Positions 10,420-21,633 of a stretch of 64,000 nucleotides of DNA are shown here, one piece after another. Positions within the stretch are counted from its first letter, which is position 1. Every line of letters begins with the position of its first letter. The DNA lies in assembly GCA_963796965.1 (NCBI GenBank), contig CAWCNS010000005.1, positions 512,001 to 576,000 of the forward strand. The letters run 5' to 3'. The notes below the pieces were generated by a model. The model was not told the origin of the DNA, searched no databases, and saw only the letters and a program-made list of their open reading frames with translations. The position numbers and the translations under genes were made by a program. Origin of the DNA: Calditrichia bacterium. Lineage in GTDB: Bacteria; Calditrichota; Calditrichia; JAJRVZ01.

Positions 10420-11387
10420 ATGGAGCAACATAATGAGACAAAACATTATTACAAAATATCGCCTATCTTGTTATTATCGCTGCAGGAATGAAAGCGGCCG
10501 CTCCAATCATAAATACCATTTTGTTGCATTATTATTGGCCATCAGCGTCATGCCCATCGTTATGTGGTTAATGAAAAAAGGAGTGCCTAAAGCACTGTAA
10601 CATTGCTAATTATAATCTTGCCACTTAATAATTTTGACTTTGTTGATGGGTTCAATTTTAAGTGTGGCGGTTATCGGCATTGCCGACAATATACCGCAAT
10701 ATGAAAATCAACTCAGCATAATGAAAACAGATATACATTCACACCATATCCAGATTCGGTATAAATATTAGCGATACATTTTCCCGCAGGGCTTTGAACC
10801 AAAGCAAATCATAGGAAGTCGCAAAGGCTTTTGTAGGTGGGATTATCTCTACTTTTAGTGATTTTACAATTGTATTTCTATTGATAGTGTTTCTTTTAAT
10901 TGACCTTACCGATATACGCTATCGCATCCACCGCGGTGAAAAAAATATCAGTCAGAGGATGAAAAAAATTATCTGAATTCGCTGAAGAAATTCGAAAATA
11001 TATATCAATTTCTGCCTTTACAGGTTTTCTAACAGCCGTAGGAAATCTAATTTTAATACTCATAATAGGAGTTGATTTTGCCTTCTTTGGGCCTTTCTTT
11101 CCTTTTTGTTTAGTTTTATCCCCAATATAGGATTTTTGCTCAGCGTGATTGCACCGGCCTTTTTAGCCTTGGTAGAATTTGGCCCAACACAAGCGCTTAT
11201 TGTTATTGTTGGCTTTGTTGTCATCAATGGTATCGTTGAAAATATCATTAAACCCAAATATATGGGAGATGAACTCGATCTTTCACTTTTTGTTATATTT
11301 GTCTCATTAATTTTCTGGACTTGGATACTGGGAGGGATGGGAGCAATTTTAGCAATACCGTTGACAATTTCTGTCATGAAAGCATGA
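10420..11387 (+). pseudogene. Degraded AI-2E family transporter
   Basis: Fragments in several frames (IAYLVIIAAGMKAAAPII, WLMKKGVPKAL, FIPNIGFLLS, ENIIKPKYMG, WTWILGGMGAILAIPLT); many indels. Confidence 0.75.
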
Positions 11388-11389
11388 GG

Positions 11390-11590
11390 AGATAGTGTTT
11401 GCGGATCAGGATGATTGAGTTTGAAATTTATAGTAACAAATTCTTCCTCATTAACTTTAATCATCACCTGTTTGCCAATAAAATCATCGCCAAATTGATC
11501 TACAAATACCGGCCACACCATATCCTGTTGAGCGAGGCTTAATCCGCAAAAACAAAATATAATAAGGATAAGTATTATCAACTTGTACAT
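11390..11590 (-). pseudogene. N-terminal fragment of a secreted protein; the ORF runs on into the antisense strand of the AI-2E remnant
   Basis: GGAGGA RBS, MYKLIILILIIFCFCGLSLAQQ signal peptide; the downstream part is the reverse complement of AI-2E coding sequence. Confidence 0.45.
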
Positions 11591-11814
11591 TCTTCCTCCA
11601 ATAGAATAACGGTAATTTGGAAATTAGAGATTTGTAAGAATTTAAACAACTGCATTCGGTAGATTGCAAGATAAATAAAGAAAATACTTTACGCAATAGG
11701 TCGCTTACCATGGATATAGGTATTCTCGATTCAAATATATATAAAATCTTAAATATTTTTTAATATTTAATACCTTAGGTGGCTCTGAAAAAATCTATAA
11801 AACCAGAATATTCT

Positions 11815-13455
11815 CTACAGATTTTCTTTTCTTACTTCTTCCTTTATTCGTTGAATATGTCCCCGGCCAAGTCCCTTAACCTCGCATCCCAATTGGAAAT
11901 AACGTTTAATTTGGTCATCATTCAATATGCCGAAGCAATCAACTATCGCGACTGGTTGACCAATTGATTGAACAACCTCATTTGGATCCAACGCGAGATA
12001 GGCTTCATGGCGAACAGATAGCACAACGGCCTCAACATCTTTAAGTGCTTTTTTTAAATCGTTTTCAATTCTAATTTCTTTTAACTTTTGCTGATTACGA
12101 AAAAAACGGGCTTTGCTTTGACCTACAGCAGGATATGTATCCTGTTGTTCAAATTCCCACCAATGTTCTACATAGGGATCATGAACACGAATTTCAGCCC
12201 CCATCTCAGCCAGTTTACGAATAAGGATTTCCGAGCCACTATAACGTGTGTCTCCCACATCTTCGCGGTAAGCGGCACCAAGCACCAGGACATCCGATGC
12301 GGCAATAGGTAATCCCATATTACGTAACGCATCCCTGGTTATTACAGCGGCGTGTATGCCTCGCGTATCATTAATATCAATTGCTTGTGGTGTTATTTTA
12401 AAAATATCATCCTCAAAGCCAAGGATATGCTTATAAGCCCAAACACCTAATCCCCCATCTTTCGGTAAACAATAACCACCAATACCGGGCCCTGGAAAAA
12501 TGAGATTGCTATGGGTAGGCCTCATTTTTATTGCATTGATGACTTTAATCAAATCAACACCGTTGCGTTCAGCGTAAAGGCTCCACTCATCCAGAAAGGC
12601 CAGTATAGTTGCACGAAAACTATTTTCAACAATTTTTGCTGTTTCTGACTCAATTGGCCGGTCCATTACAGTAAGAGGATATTCCTCAGTATTGAGCACT
12701 TCATTAAGAAATTTTACGACACGCATTTTTGACTTGTCATTAATTCCACTACATACCCGCCAAAAATCTCTGATACTGGCCACATAATTCCTTCCGGGCA
12801 TAACACGTTCGTAGCTATGGGCCAATAATGGATCTGACGTTATCTTACGTTTTTTAAATATCTTTTTTATTATAGGATAGGCTACCTGCTCGGTCGTACC
12901 TGGTGCTACCGTTGTTTCAATCAGCACCAAAGCATCTGGAGGAATATTCTCCGCGATCACAGCAATCGAACTTTCCAGCGCAGCCATATCGGTATGTCCA
13001 TTTCGAACATTACCTAATTCTTCTTTTATATAATCACATTGTACATCAACAACAACCACATCTGCAAGAGACAGAACCTCATAGGTATAGGTAGCAATCA
13101 GTGTTTTTTTCTGATTGACACAACGATCGATCATTGGATCAACTTCAGGATCTTCTGCTTTTACAGGAGATATCCCCCGGTTTAACAAAGGGATTTTCCA
13201 AAAACTTCTCACACTCGGGCGCTGCATGCCTATTACAAATTTCGAGGGTTGATCATTCTCATCAACCGTATCGGCAACAATAGCAGCCATTACCGCACCT
13301 ACAAAACCAACACCCATAACTACAACTATTTCACGGCCTTTTGCCCGCTCCTCATTAACCCTCTTTTTAAGGGTATTAAATTCTACGACATAATCATCAG
13401 GCTTGGGAAGATCGAATTGTTCTCCGGCCGGACTTACAGAATATTGAACTTGCAT
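11815..13455 (-). CDS. Nucleotide-sugar dehydrogenase (UDP-glucose/GDP-mannose dehydrogenase family)
   Basis: GVGFVG, ETTVAPGTT, SYERVMPG, ETAKIVENSFR, PGPGIGGYCLPKD; GGAGG RBS before the ATG at 13455. Confidence 0.92.
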   Translation of the reverse strand: MQVQYSVSPAGEQFDLPKPDDYVVEFNTLKKRVNEERAKGREIVVVMGVGFVGAVMAAIVADTVDENDQPSKFVIGMQRPSVRSFWKIPLLNRGISPVKAEDPEVDPMIDRCVNQKKTLIATYTYEVLSLADVVVVDVQCDYIKEELGNVRNGHTDMAALESSIAVIAENIPPDALVLIETTVAPGTTEQVAYPIIKKIFKKRKITSDPLLAHSYERVMPGRNYVASIRDFWRVCSGINDKSKMRVVKFLNEVLNTEEYPLTVMDRPIESETAKIVENSFRATILAFLDEWSLYAERNGVDLIKVINAIKMRPTHSNLIFPGPGIGGYCLPKDGGLGVWAYKHILGFEDDIFKITPQAIDINDTRGIHAAVITRDALRNMGLPIAASDVLVLGAAYREDVGDTRYSGSEILIRKLAEMGAEIRVHDPYVEHWWEFEQQDTYPAVGQSKARFFRNQQKLKEIRIENDLKKALKDVEAVVLSVRHEAYLALDPNEVVQSIGQPVAIVDCFGILNDDQIKRYFQLGCEVKGLGRGHIQRIKEEVRKENL

Positions 13456-14025
13456 AAAACCTCCGAATTTTAGCATTAAATATAAAAGTGATCTAACCTC
13501 ATCAATTTATTAGGCTGCAAATGGCGGCTCCGATGGCATTCTTCGGATATACAAAAATCAACATGTCACCCCTGACGCGATTCCTTTATATATCTTCGTG
13601 AAATGAATAGATCTTAACAGAAAGTAAATATTTGTTAATCCCACAGAACTGGACATTAGAAAATCTGAGAATTGATAAATTCTGCTTAAACGCTGCATTC
13701 ACCGCTTAATTTTTAACAATCGATATTAATTTATTGAGCAAAAGAATAGGCTATAATCAGGAGAGATAAACAAACTCAAATTAAATACCAGCATGTAAAT
13801 TAGCAAGGGTATAGTTCATAATTTATGACACCCTGCCCTACTCCTGATTGAGAGGTGAGTCTCACTAGTCAATTGAGGATAAAAGTCGATAATAATTTTT
13901 ATTGTTTTTCCACCCGTCAATTCCTATTTTTTAATAACGATTATCCTCTCGATAACAATCAGTGATTCTGTTTTTAATTAAAATCTTATTAAACATAAAT
14001 TTTTATATATGAAAAGGATCGGATT

Positions 14026-14502
14026 ATGGAAACAAATATTCCCTTCATCCTGAATACTAAACGTGTAGAGATTATGACTGATGAGAACCTGACATTACTG
14101 TGGATCTTACGCAGCCATTTTTTATTATGTGGAACAAAATATGGATGCGGAGAAGGATTTTGTGGCAGCTGTACCGTATTAATCGATAATAAGGCGGTTC
14201 GGTCCTGTCAGGTTTCAATAAAAGATATAGAAGGCAAGGAGGTAACAACTATCGAAGGATTATCACAGAATGGTAACCTCCACCCCTTGCAAAAAGCCTT
14301 TATCGAACATGATGCGTTGCAATGTGGATACTGTACGCCGGGAATGGTACTAAACGCAGCCGGTCTTTTGCTTAAAAATCCCCATCCATCTCGATCCGAA
14401 ATAATTGATGAGATGGATGACAACCTTTGCCGGTGCGGGTCCTATAACAGAATTATTGATGCAATAGAGTCGGCAGCAGCTGAAATGCGGGGAGACAATT
14501 AA
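14026..14502 (+). CDS. 2Fe-2S subunit of a molybdenum hydroxylase (IorA/CoxS-like)
   Basis: GTKYGCGEGFCGSCTV, QCGYCTPG, NLCRCG. Confidence 0.95.
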   Translation: METNIPFILNTKRVEIMTDENLTLLWILRSHFLLCGTKYGCGEGFCGSCTVLIDNKAVRSCQVSIKDIEGKEVTTIEGLSQNGNLHPLQKAFIEHDALQCGYCTPGMVLNAAGLLLKNPHPSRSEIIDEMDDNLCRCGSYNRIIDAIESAAAEMRGDN

Positions 14503-16644
14503 ATGGAAAAAGATAAATATTCAAGATATTTGGAAAACGAATCTGAATCTTCACTGACCGCGCTCGGTTTCAATCGACGGGAATTCCTGGAAATAACCAG
14601 TGCTGGTATATTTGTATTTTTTACTATAGGTAACGTCAAGGCAACTTTACAACGAAGAGGTGGCAGAGAATATCCCAGTAATTTTAATGCCTACCTGAAG
14701 ATTAATGAAGATGGCCGGGTATCATGCTTTAGCGGCAAGATAGAAATGGGTCAGGGAATCATTACCTCCCTGGCACAGATGCTGGCAGAGGAAATGGAAG
14801 TATCCTTAGACGCTATCGATATGATTATGGGGGATACGGCCTTATGCCCCTATGACAGTGGCACATTTGGCTCACGCAGCACAAAATATTTTGGTCCGCC
14901 ACTTAGAAAAGCAGCGGCACAGGCAAAAGCCGTTTTGCTACAATTGGCCTCTGAACAACTAAATCTACCGGTGAATCGGCTCCTTGTAAAAAATGGCCTA
15001 ATTCAGGATGCAGAAGGAAAAAAGAAGATCTCTTATGCCATGCTCGCCAGAGGGAAAAAGATTGAACGATATCTTCCGGATATTCCGATAAAACACTATT
15101 CCCAACACACAATATCCGGAAAACCAACACAACGCACCGATGCCCTAGAAAAAGTTACCGGTAAGGCTCAATTTTCCGGAGATATTCAATTAAAGGGAAT
15201 GTTATACGCCAAAATATGTCGACCTCCAGCCCATGGCGCAATCTTGAAAAGGGTTAACTCCTCAGTAGCCGAAAAAATAAAAGGAGTGAAATTTGTTCAT
15301 GATGGTCAACTGGTTGCTGCTTTGCACGAAAATCCTGAAGTAGCTGAAAAAGCCTTAAAAGCAATATCAGCTGAATTTAAGGAAAATAATCTGGCAATTA
15401 ACAACCAGAACATCTTCTCTCACCTGCAAAGTAAACCTTCCTACGGTGAAGTTATCGCAGAAGAAGGAAATATCGAGCAAGGAAAGAAACAATCGCAAAA
15501 CGTGATAAAGTCCACATTTTACAATCACTATGTAGCCCATGCGCCCATGGAACCGCACACTGTAGTTGCAGAAGTAATCGGTGAAAGGGCCAGGGTCTGG
15601 GCCTCAACGCAAACACCTTTCCGTGTTCAAAAAGCCGTTGCTGAAGAATTAGATATTCCCCTTGAAAAGGTACAGGTAATCACACCATTTCTGGGTGGAG
15701 GTTTTGGTGGAAAGAAAATTGGTTTATACATTTTGGAAGCTGTCCGTCTGGCAAAAATAACAGCCAGACCGGTGCAAGTGGCTTTGACCAGAAAGGAAGA
15801 ATTCTTTTATGATACATTCAGACCGGCTGCAGTCATAAAATTGTCATCCGGTATTGATTCAGAGGGTAAAATAAGATTTTGGGACTATGATAATTATTAT
15901 GCAGGATCGAGAAGTTCGCAACCAATTTACGATATCCTCAATTACAGGATCCAATCCCGCCGTCTAAAAAATGATGACGAAGATATTCATCCCTTTGATG
16001 TTGGTGCCTGGCGAGGTCCGGGAAGTAATACCAATGTGTTTGCCATGGAATCACAGACAGATATACTCGCAGAAGCTGCCGGGATGGATCCACTATCATT
16101 TCGTATGAAGAATTTAAGTGACCAGCGAATGATCAAAGTTCTGAAGGCGGCTGCTGAAAAATTCGGGTATGCTTTTTCAAAAGGACCCAGCGGAAAAGGG
16201 TTTGGCATCGCCTGTACAAATTATTTGAACACGTATGTAGCAACATTAGCACAGGTTGAAGTGGATGATAAAACTGGCAATGTACAGGTAATTAAAATGG
16301 TTTGTGCCCAGGATATGGGCGAAATTATCAATCCTCAGGGTGCTCAGTTGCAGATTGAAGGTGGCTTGACGATGGGATTGAGTGCTGTGTTGAGTGAAGA
16401 GATTCAATTTGAAGGCGGTAATATTCTGACTGAAAATTTTGGTGACTATGAGATTACCCGCTTTTCCCAGGCACCTGAGATTAATGTTGTTTTAATTGAT
16501 AATCCCGATCTGCCCCCCCAGGGTTGCGGCGAACCTGCTATTACAACAACCGGGGCCGTAATCGCCAATGCCATTTATGACGCATCGGGTGCACGGTTAC
16601 ACACACTTCCGATGACCCCAGAACGGATCCTCGCCGCGCTCTAA
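14503..16644 (+). CDS. Molybdopterin-binding subunit of the xanthine dehydrogenase family (IorB-like) with twin-arginine motif
   Basis: NRREFL Tat motif; KIEMGQG, GTFGSRS, HAPMEP, LGGGFGGK, QIEGG, GCGEP, ANAIYDASG. Confidence 0.93.
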   Translation: MEKDKYSRYLENESESSLTALGFNRREFLEITSAGIFVFFTIGNVKATLQRRGGREYPSNFNAYLKINEDGRVSCFSGKIEMGQGIITSLAQMLAEEMEVSLDAIDMIMGDTALCPYDSGTFGSRSTKYFGPPLRKAAAQAKAVLLQLASEQLNLPVNRLLVKNGLIQDAEGKKKISYAMLARGKKIERYLPDIPIKHYSQHTISGKPTQRTDALEKVTGKAQFSGDIQLKGMLYAKICRPPAHGAILKRVNSSVAEKIKGVKFVHDGQLVAALHENPEVAEKALKAISAEFKENNLAINNQNIFSHLQSKPSYGEVIAEEGNIEQGKKQSQNVIKSTFYNHYVAHAPMEPHTVVAEVIGERARVWASTQTPFRVQKAVAEELDIPLEKVQVITPFLGGGFGGKKIGLYILEAVRLAKITARPVQVALTRKEEFFYDTFRPAAVIKLSSGIDSEGKIRFWDYDNYYAGSRSSQPIYDILNYRIQSRRLKNDDEDIHPFDVGAWRGPGSNTNVFAMESQTDILAEAAGMDPLSFRMKNLSDQRMIKVLKAAAEKFGYAFSKGPSGKGFGIACTNYLNTYVATLAQVEVDDKTGNVQVIKMVCAQDMGEIINPQGAQLQIEGGLTMGLSAVLSEEIQFEGGNILTENFGDYEITRFSQAPEINVVLIDNPDLPPQGCGEPAITTTGAVIANAIYDASGARLHTLPMTPERILAAL

Positions 16645-16760
16645 ACTATCTTTTTATTAGATCCTGCAATTAGGGAATACGTATAAATTATATTCATTAT
16701 AGTTATTAATTAAGAGATTTAATCGGTAGTAAGTTGGTTCGTATAGTAGTTAAATATTTT

Positions 16761-17144
16761 CTATTTCTTGTTAGATTCGGTGAGCCATTCCATCGCGCTA
16801 TCTATGGTTTTGAAGATTTTGAATTGGAAGGGTAAACTGGTGAGTTCTGCAAAGGTCTCAGCCATTCTGGCAAGTCCAAATTGTAATGTTTTTACGACGA
16901 CAACCGCACATTTGCCTCGTCCTCTCTCAGAACCCAGGTTTGCGTCTCTTTCAATAAAACGTCTCATTCCCTGAATCGTCACCAGAGAGACATCGGCTTC
17001 CGACATATCCCATAATTCCAACCTTGTCGGATTGTCTGCATAGAATTCATCCTGCACCTCAAACATTTGCTCATCGGTGATAAGGCCTTTTGCAGTATGA
17101 ATTGTCAGATCTTGTTTTCGGTCTACTTTTGTTGATACGGGCAT
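16761..17144 (-). CDS. Hypothetical protein (SpoIIAA/STAS-like small domain)
   Basis: LELWDMS...KCAVVV...QFGLARM...IFKTIDSAMEWL pattern. Confidence 0.7.
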   Translation of the reverse strand: MPVSTKVDRKQDLTIHTAKGLITDEQMFEVQDEFYADNPTRLELWDMSEADVSLVTIQGMRRFIERDANLGSERGRGKCAVVVVKTLQFGLARMAETFAELTSLPFQFKIFKTIDSAMEWLTESNKK

Positions 17145-17578
17145 AATCCTCAACTCCCCGAAAGAGAAGCGACGCGATGAATCGCACCGTCACTTTATTT
17201 TCATTTGTCTTTATTCTTTAAAACTAATTCAAATAACAGAATATTTCAGATCTGATATATACTATAGTCTACCCCATATAGCTGTAAATAATTATCAGAC
17301 AAAGCTAATTACTTGTGACCATTTTCGCAAGAGATTTGTGATAATATGTGCAACACCTTTACATTATAGCACAGTAGATAAAGAGCTGATATCGTATGTA
17401 CACATGATCAGTGGACCAGGGTTAAAAACGACTGGAATGAAATTACTGAATTTCGTAGTTTTTATAAATTGAAGAGACTTGGCAAGGAGAACGAATATAG
17501 ATGTGTACGCATTTTCACTAATACCCTGGTGCTCCTCTTCTGGTGAGCGACGGCCTCTGACCATTCAAAAATCGTTTG

Positions 17579-17673
17579 AACCACGAAGTACACTCCCGAA
17601 GGGACTCCTTCGGAGGAAGAGCACGAAGAAAAAATACTAAAATAGACTTCGTGTCCTCCGTGCTCTTCGTGGT
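17579..17673. repeat. Family A miniature palindrome with nested 21-bp insert
   Basis: ACCACGAAG...CTTCGTGGT arms; insert TCCCGAAGGGACTCCTTCGGA at 17594-17614. Confidence 0.75.
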
Positions 17674-17823
17674 AGATTTAAAGATTCACTGGTATTCAGA
17701 TTTATAATTCGATTCAATATTTTAACGTTAAGTAAAATCGTAAACGTTTTTAAGCATGTCCTACTCTAGGTAGGTTAAAGAAATCGTAGTGTAATACCCC
17801 GAACTTATAAAACTGGAGGGATT

Positions 17824-19314
17824 ATGGATCAATATGTTTTGGCACTCGACCAAGGTACAACCAGCTCACGAGCTATTTTGTTCGACCGTTCCGGAAGCAT
17901 AAAAAGTATCGCACAAAAGGAGTTTACACAGCATTTTCCAAAACCTGGTTGGGTTGAACATGATCCAAAGGAGATTTGGACAACGCAGTCTGCCGTTGCC
18001 ACCGAGGTCCTGAATAAAACGCGTATTGCACCTAAGGAAATCGCCGCCATCGGTATTACCAACCAGCGAGAAACCGCCGTTGTCTGGGACAGGCAAACGG
18101 GAGAACCCGTCTACCCTGCGATCGTCTGGCAAGATCGAAGGACCGCTGAATTTTGTGACGTGCTTAAAAATAAAAATCTTGCCTCTACCATTCAGGAGAA
18201 AACCGGGCTCGTTATTGATGCTTATTTTTCTGCAACGAAGGTGAAGTGGATTTTGGATAATGTCCCAGGTGCACGTACAAGGGCCGAACAAGGAGAACTC
18301 GCCTTTGGCACCGTCGACAGCTGGCTCGTTTGGAATCTCACAAAGGGCAAAAAACATGTAACTGATGTCACCAATGCGAGCAGAACGATGCTGTTTAATA
18401 TCCATACATTACAATGGGATACCGAGCTCCTCGACATCATGCAAATTCCAGACAGCATGCTCCCAGAGGTACACGCATCCAGTGAAATTTATGGGGAATC
18501 GGCAACGCTTTTTGCACACCCCATACCTATCAGTGGCATTGCAGGAGATCAACAGGCAGCCCTTTTTGGACAAATGTGTACCGAGCCTGGAATGTTAAAA
18601 AACACCTATGGAACGGGTTGTTTTCTTGTGCTAAATACAGGAAAAAGCCCTATTAAATCCAGCAATAATCTTCTGACGACTATCGCCTGGAAAATTGGGG
18701 ACTCAACAAATTACGCGCTGGAAGGGAGTATATTTGTTGCCGGGGCAGTTGTACAGTGGTTACGTGACGAGATTGGACTTATTAAAAATTCTGCGGAAAT
18801 TGAAGCGCTGGCAGGTTCTGTCGAAGACAATGGAGGCGTCTATCTTGTACCGGCCTTTGCCGGCCTCGGTGCACCCCATTGGGATCAATTCGCTCGTGGT
18901 ACCATTGTCGGCATCACGCGTGGGACCTCTGCTGGTCATTTGGCGCGTGCAGCGCTGGAAAGTATCAGTTTTCAAACGATGGATGTCGTTGAGGCGATGG
19001 AAGCGGATTCAGACATACCAACCTCCGAACTGAGAGTTGACGGTGGTGCAACGGTCAATCATATGCTTATGCAATTCCAATCGGATATTCTTAATACGCC
19101 ACTCGTTCGTCCGAAAGTTTCAGAAACAACGGCTCTTGGCGCTGCCTATCTGGCCGGATTGGCAGTTGGCTTTTGGAAAGATCTCAATGAGATTAAGGAC
19201 CAATGGCAAGTAGACCAGGTATTTAAACCCTCTATGGAGGATGATCGTAGAACTACGATGATTAAAACGTGGCACAATGCACTCGAACGTTCTCGAAACT
19301 GGCTTCAATCCTAA
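17824..19314 (+). CDS. glpK: Glycerol kinase
   Basis: [60 protein letters not shown]. Confidence 0.98.
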   Translation: MDQYVLALDQGTTSSRAILFDRSGSIKSIAQKEFTQHFPKPGWVEHDPKEIWTTQSAVATEVLNKTRIAPKEIAAIGITNQRETAVVWDRQTGEPVYPAIVWQDRRTAEFCDVLKNKNLASTIQEKTGLVIDAYFSATKVKWILDNVPGARTRAEQGELAFGTVDSWLVWNLTKGKKHVTDVTNASRTMLFNIHTLQWDTELLDIMQIPDSMLPEVHASSEIYGESATLFAHPIPISGIAGDQQAALFGQMCTEPGMLKNTYGTGCFLVLNTGKSPIKSSNNLLTTIAWKIGDSTNYALEGSIFVAGAVVQWLRDEIGLIKNSAEIEALAGSVEDNGGVYLVPAFAGLGAPHWDQFARGTIVGITRGTSAGHLARAALESISFQTMDVVEAMEADSDIPTSELRVDGGATVNHMLMQFQSDILNTPLVRPKVSETTALGAAYLAGLAVGFWKDLNEIKDQWQVDQVFKPSMEDDRRTTMIKTWHNALERSRNWLQS

Positions 19315-19333
19315 TAGTTGAGGAGGAAAGAAA

Positions 19334-20041
19334 ATGACCCTATTTTTAGGTGAGATTATTGGTACAGCATTATTAATTATTCTGGGTGACGGTGTGGTCG
19401 CAAACGTGGTCCTAAACAAAACCAAGGGAAGCGGCGGTGGCTGGATCGTAATTACATTTGGTTGGGGTCTTGCTGTATTTGTGGCCGTTTTCGTTGTTGG
19501 ACCGATAAGTGGGGCCCATATTAATCCTGCCGTCACGATAGGACTTGCCGCTGCCGGCAAGCTATCATGGTCTCTACTACCTATCTATATTAGTGGACAG
19601 ATGCTGGGTGCTGCGATCGGTGCTTTTCTCGTCTGGCTACACTACAGGCAACACATGGATATTACGGAAGATGCTGATCTCCAATTAGCCGTATTTTGTA
19701 CCACTCCACAGATTAGAAGTATTACAAACAACTTCATTTCAGAACTCCTCGGAACATTTATCCTCGTCTATGCGGTTTTACATATTTCAGCCCCGGACGT
19801 CGGTCTTGGTTCTCTTGACGCATTACCCGTGGGCTTTCTGGTGCTGGCCATAGGTTTGTCATTAGGTGGTACGACAGGATATGCCATCAATCCTGCCCGT
19901 GATCTGGCCCCACGGATAATGCATGCCCTCCTTCCCATAAAGGGCAAGCGCGATAGCGACTGGGGTTATGCCTGGGTTCCTATTGTTGGACCGGTTTTCG
20001 GTGGCTTACTCGCAGCGGTATTTTTCACATGGGTGCTTTGA
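19334..20041 (+). CDS. glpF: Glycerol uptake facilitator (MIP/aquaglyceroporin)
   Basis: SGAHINPAVT and GYAINPARD NPA motifs; adjacent to glpK. Confidence 0.95.
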   Translation: MTLFLGEIIGTALLIILGDGVVANVVLNKTKGSGGGWIVITFGWGLAVFVAVFVVGPISGAHINPAVTIGLAAAGKLSWSLLPIYISGQMLGAAIGAFLVWLHYRQHMDITEDADLQLAVFCTTPQIRSITNNFISELLGTFILVYAVLHISAPDVGLGSLDALPVGFLVLAIGLSLGGTTGYAINPARDLAPRIMHALLPIKGKRDSDWGYAWVPIVGPVFGGLLAAVFFTWVL

Positions 20042-20140
20042 TAACAGACTGGAGTTTTGTGTTTGCTGTATATAACCAATAGAATACGATATTGATGCAT
20101 AAGGCTAGTCCAGAGGAGTCTTTAGAACAAACAAAAATAA

Positions 20141-20256
20141 TTATCCACGAATTATCCGACTTTGCCGGATCCCGTCATAGCCGGGTAGGCAGGCTGTGTC
20201 TGACACTAATATACACAGATTTTATTATTAGAAAAATTCGTGAAATTCGTGGATAA
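20141..20256. repeat. Palindromic miniature element (TTATCCACGAATT...AATTCGTGGATAA) with GC-rich nested segment
   Basis: Perfect 13-bp terminal inverted repeat. Confidence 0.6.
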
Positions 20257-20330
20257 AGTCTTACCAGTCTTCGAGTTTAGGCTGTTTTGTAAATTTACTA
20301 AATCGTTATCTGAAAATAAGGAGGAGTATA

Positions 20331-21365
20331 ATGGGAGGAATATTCAGATTTTCGTTTGGTCCATGGAACATTCATGAAGGTGGTGATCCCTTTGGACCTA
20401 TTGTTCGTGGATCGATACCATTCAATCGTAAACTTAGTCTATATAAGAAACTGGGTTTTGGTGCCGTCCAGTTCCATGATGATGATGCAGTTCCTGAAAT
20501 GAATAAGCTTTCAGCACAACAGATAGTCAAACGGGCAAAAGCAGTGAGACGAAGTCTTGAAAAACATGGATTGGTGGCTGAATTTGTAGCGCCACGACTC
20601 TGGGAGGATCCGCGTACTATTGATGGCGGATATACAAGCAACGAACTGAAATCACGTAAATATGCCATTGAGAGAAGCCTGAAGGCCATTGATATTGCCA
20701 AATCACTTGACACGGATCTTATTGTTTTGTGGCTCGCCCGTGAAGGTACGTATATCCGTGAAGCAAAGGATAGTAAGATTGCCAATGATCGGATTGTTGA
20801 AGCCATCAATAAAATGTTGGAATATGATCCGGATATTCGCATTGCCATTGAACCCAAACCAAACGAACCAATGGATCAGGCTTACCTGCCGACAACCGGT
20901 CATGCCCTGGCGATCGCGCATCTCACGTCAGATCCTTCTCGGGTTGGTGTCAATATCGAAAGTGCCCATGTTGTTTTGACTGGACTAGATCCATCCGACG
21001 AAATGGGATTTGCTCTCTCGCATCAGAAGCTGTGGACCGTGCATTTAAATGATCAAAATGGGTTAAAGTTTGATCAGGACAAGACCTTTGGGAGTGTGGA
21101 TCTGCGAAGGGCATTCAATCAGGTACGTATATTGGATCAATACGATTATGGTAGGAAGGGTGAATGGGTTGGATTAGATGTAAAAGCCATGCGAACCCAA
21201 AAGGCCTCAGTTGCCACTAAACATTTGTCCAACAGTCGTAAGATTTTTCAGATGTTACTGAAGATATCACGGAGTCTGGACCAGAAGAAAATGAATGACA
21301 TGATATCAGAACGTGACTATGAAGCGCTTGATATGTACATAGTAACCAGACTTATGGATTCGTAA
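20331..21365 (+). CDS. xylA: Xylose isomerase (class I-like)
   Basis: FHDDD, WLAREG, EPKPNEP, NIESAH, HLNDQNG, FDQD metal-binding motifs. Confidence 0.85.
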   Translation: MGGIFRFSFGPWNIHEGGDPFGPIVRGSIPFNRKLSLYKKLGFGAVQFHDDDAVPEMNKLSAQQIVKRAKAVRRSLEKHGLVAEFVAPRLWEDPRTIDGGYTSNELKSRKYAIERSLKAIDIAKSLDTDLIVLWLAREGTYIREAKDSKIANDRIVEAINKMLEYDPDIRIAIEPKPNEPMDQAYLPTTGHALAIAHLTSDPSRVGVNIESAHVVLTGLDPSDEMGFALSHQKLWTVHLNDQNGLKFDQDKTFGSVDLRRAFNQVRILDQYDYGRKGEWVGLDVKAMRTQKASVATKHLSNSRKIFQMLLKISRSLDQKKMNDMISERDYEALDMYIVTRLMDS

Positions 21366-21390
21366 AAATAAAGAGGTGTTATATAACGTC

Positions 21391-21599
21391 TAAATACTAA
21401 GCACTAAATCCGAAATCCTAAATAATATCTAATCTCAAAATTTGTTAATTATAAAACACATACCTTAGAAAGTCATCCTCAAGGGATCTTCCTGCTCTAT
21501 GTAAAAAGATGCTTACAGCGTGACAAATGGGATATAAACCGGTTTAAAAATTCAAATTTTGTAATTATTTAGGATTTAGATATTGGTATTTAGTATTTA
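21391..21599. repeat. ~210-bp composite miniature element (copy 1)
   Basis: TAAATACTAAGCACTAAATCC...GGATTTAGATATTGGTATTTAGTATTTA arms enclosing GTCAT...GGATCT...GATGCTTACAGCGTGAC; colinear copy at 24233-24440. Confidence 0.8.
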
Positions 21600-21633
21600 A
21601 TCTCTAACGGGAGCACTGCCCCTAAAGGTAAAT

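Noticed and set aside
17829..20979. Numerous antisense or alternate-frame ORFs over glpK, glpF and xylA (and likewise elsewhere)
   Set aside because: Shadow ORFs of well-supported genes
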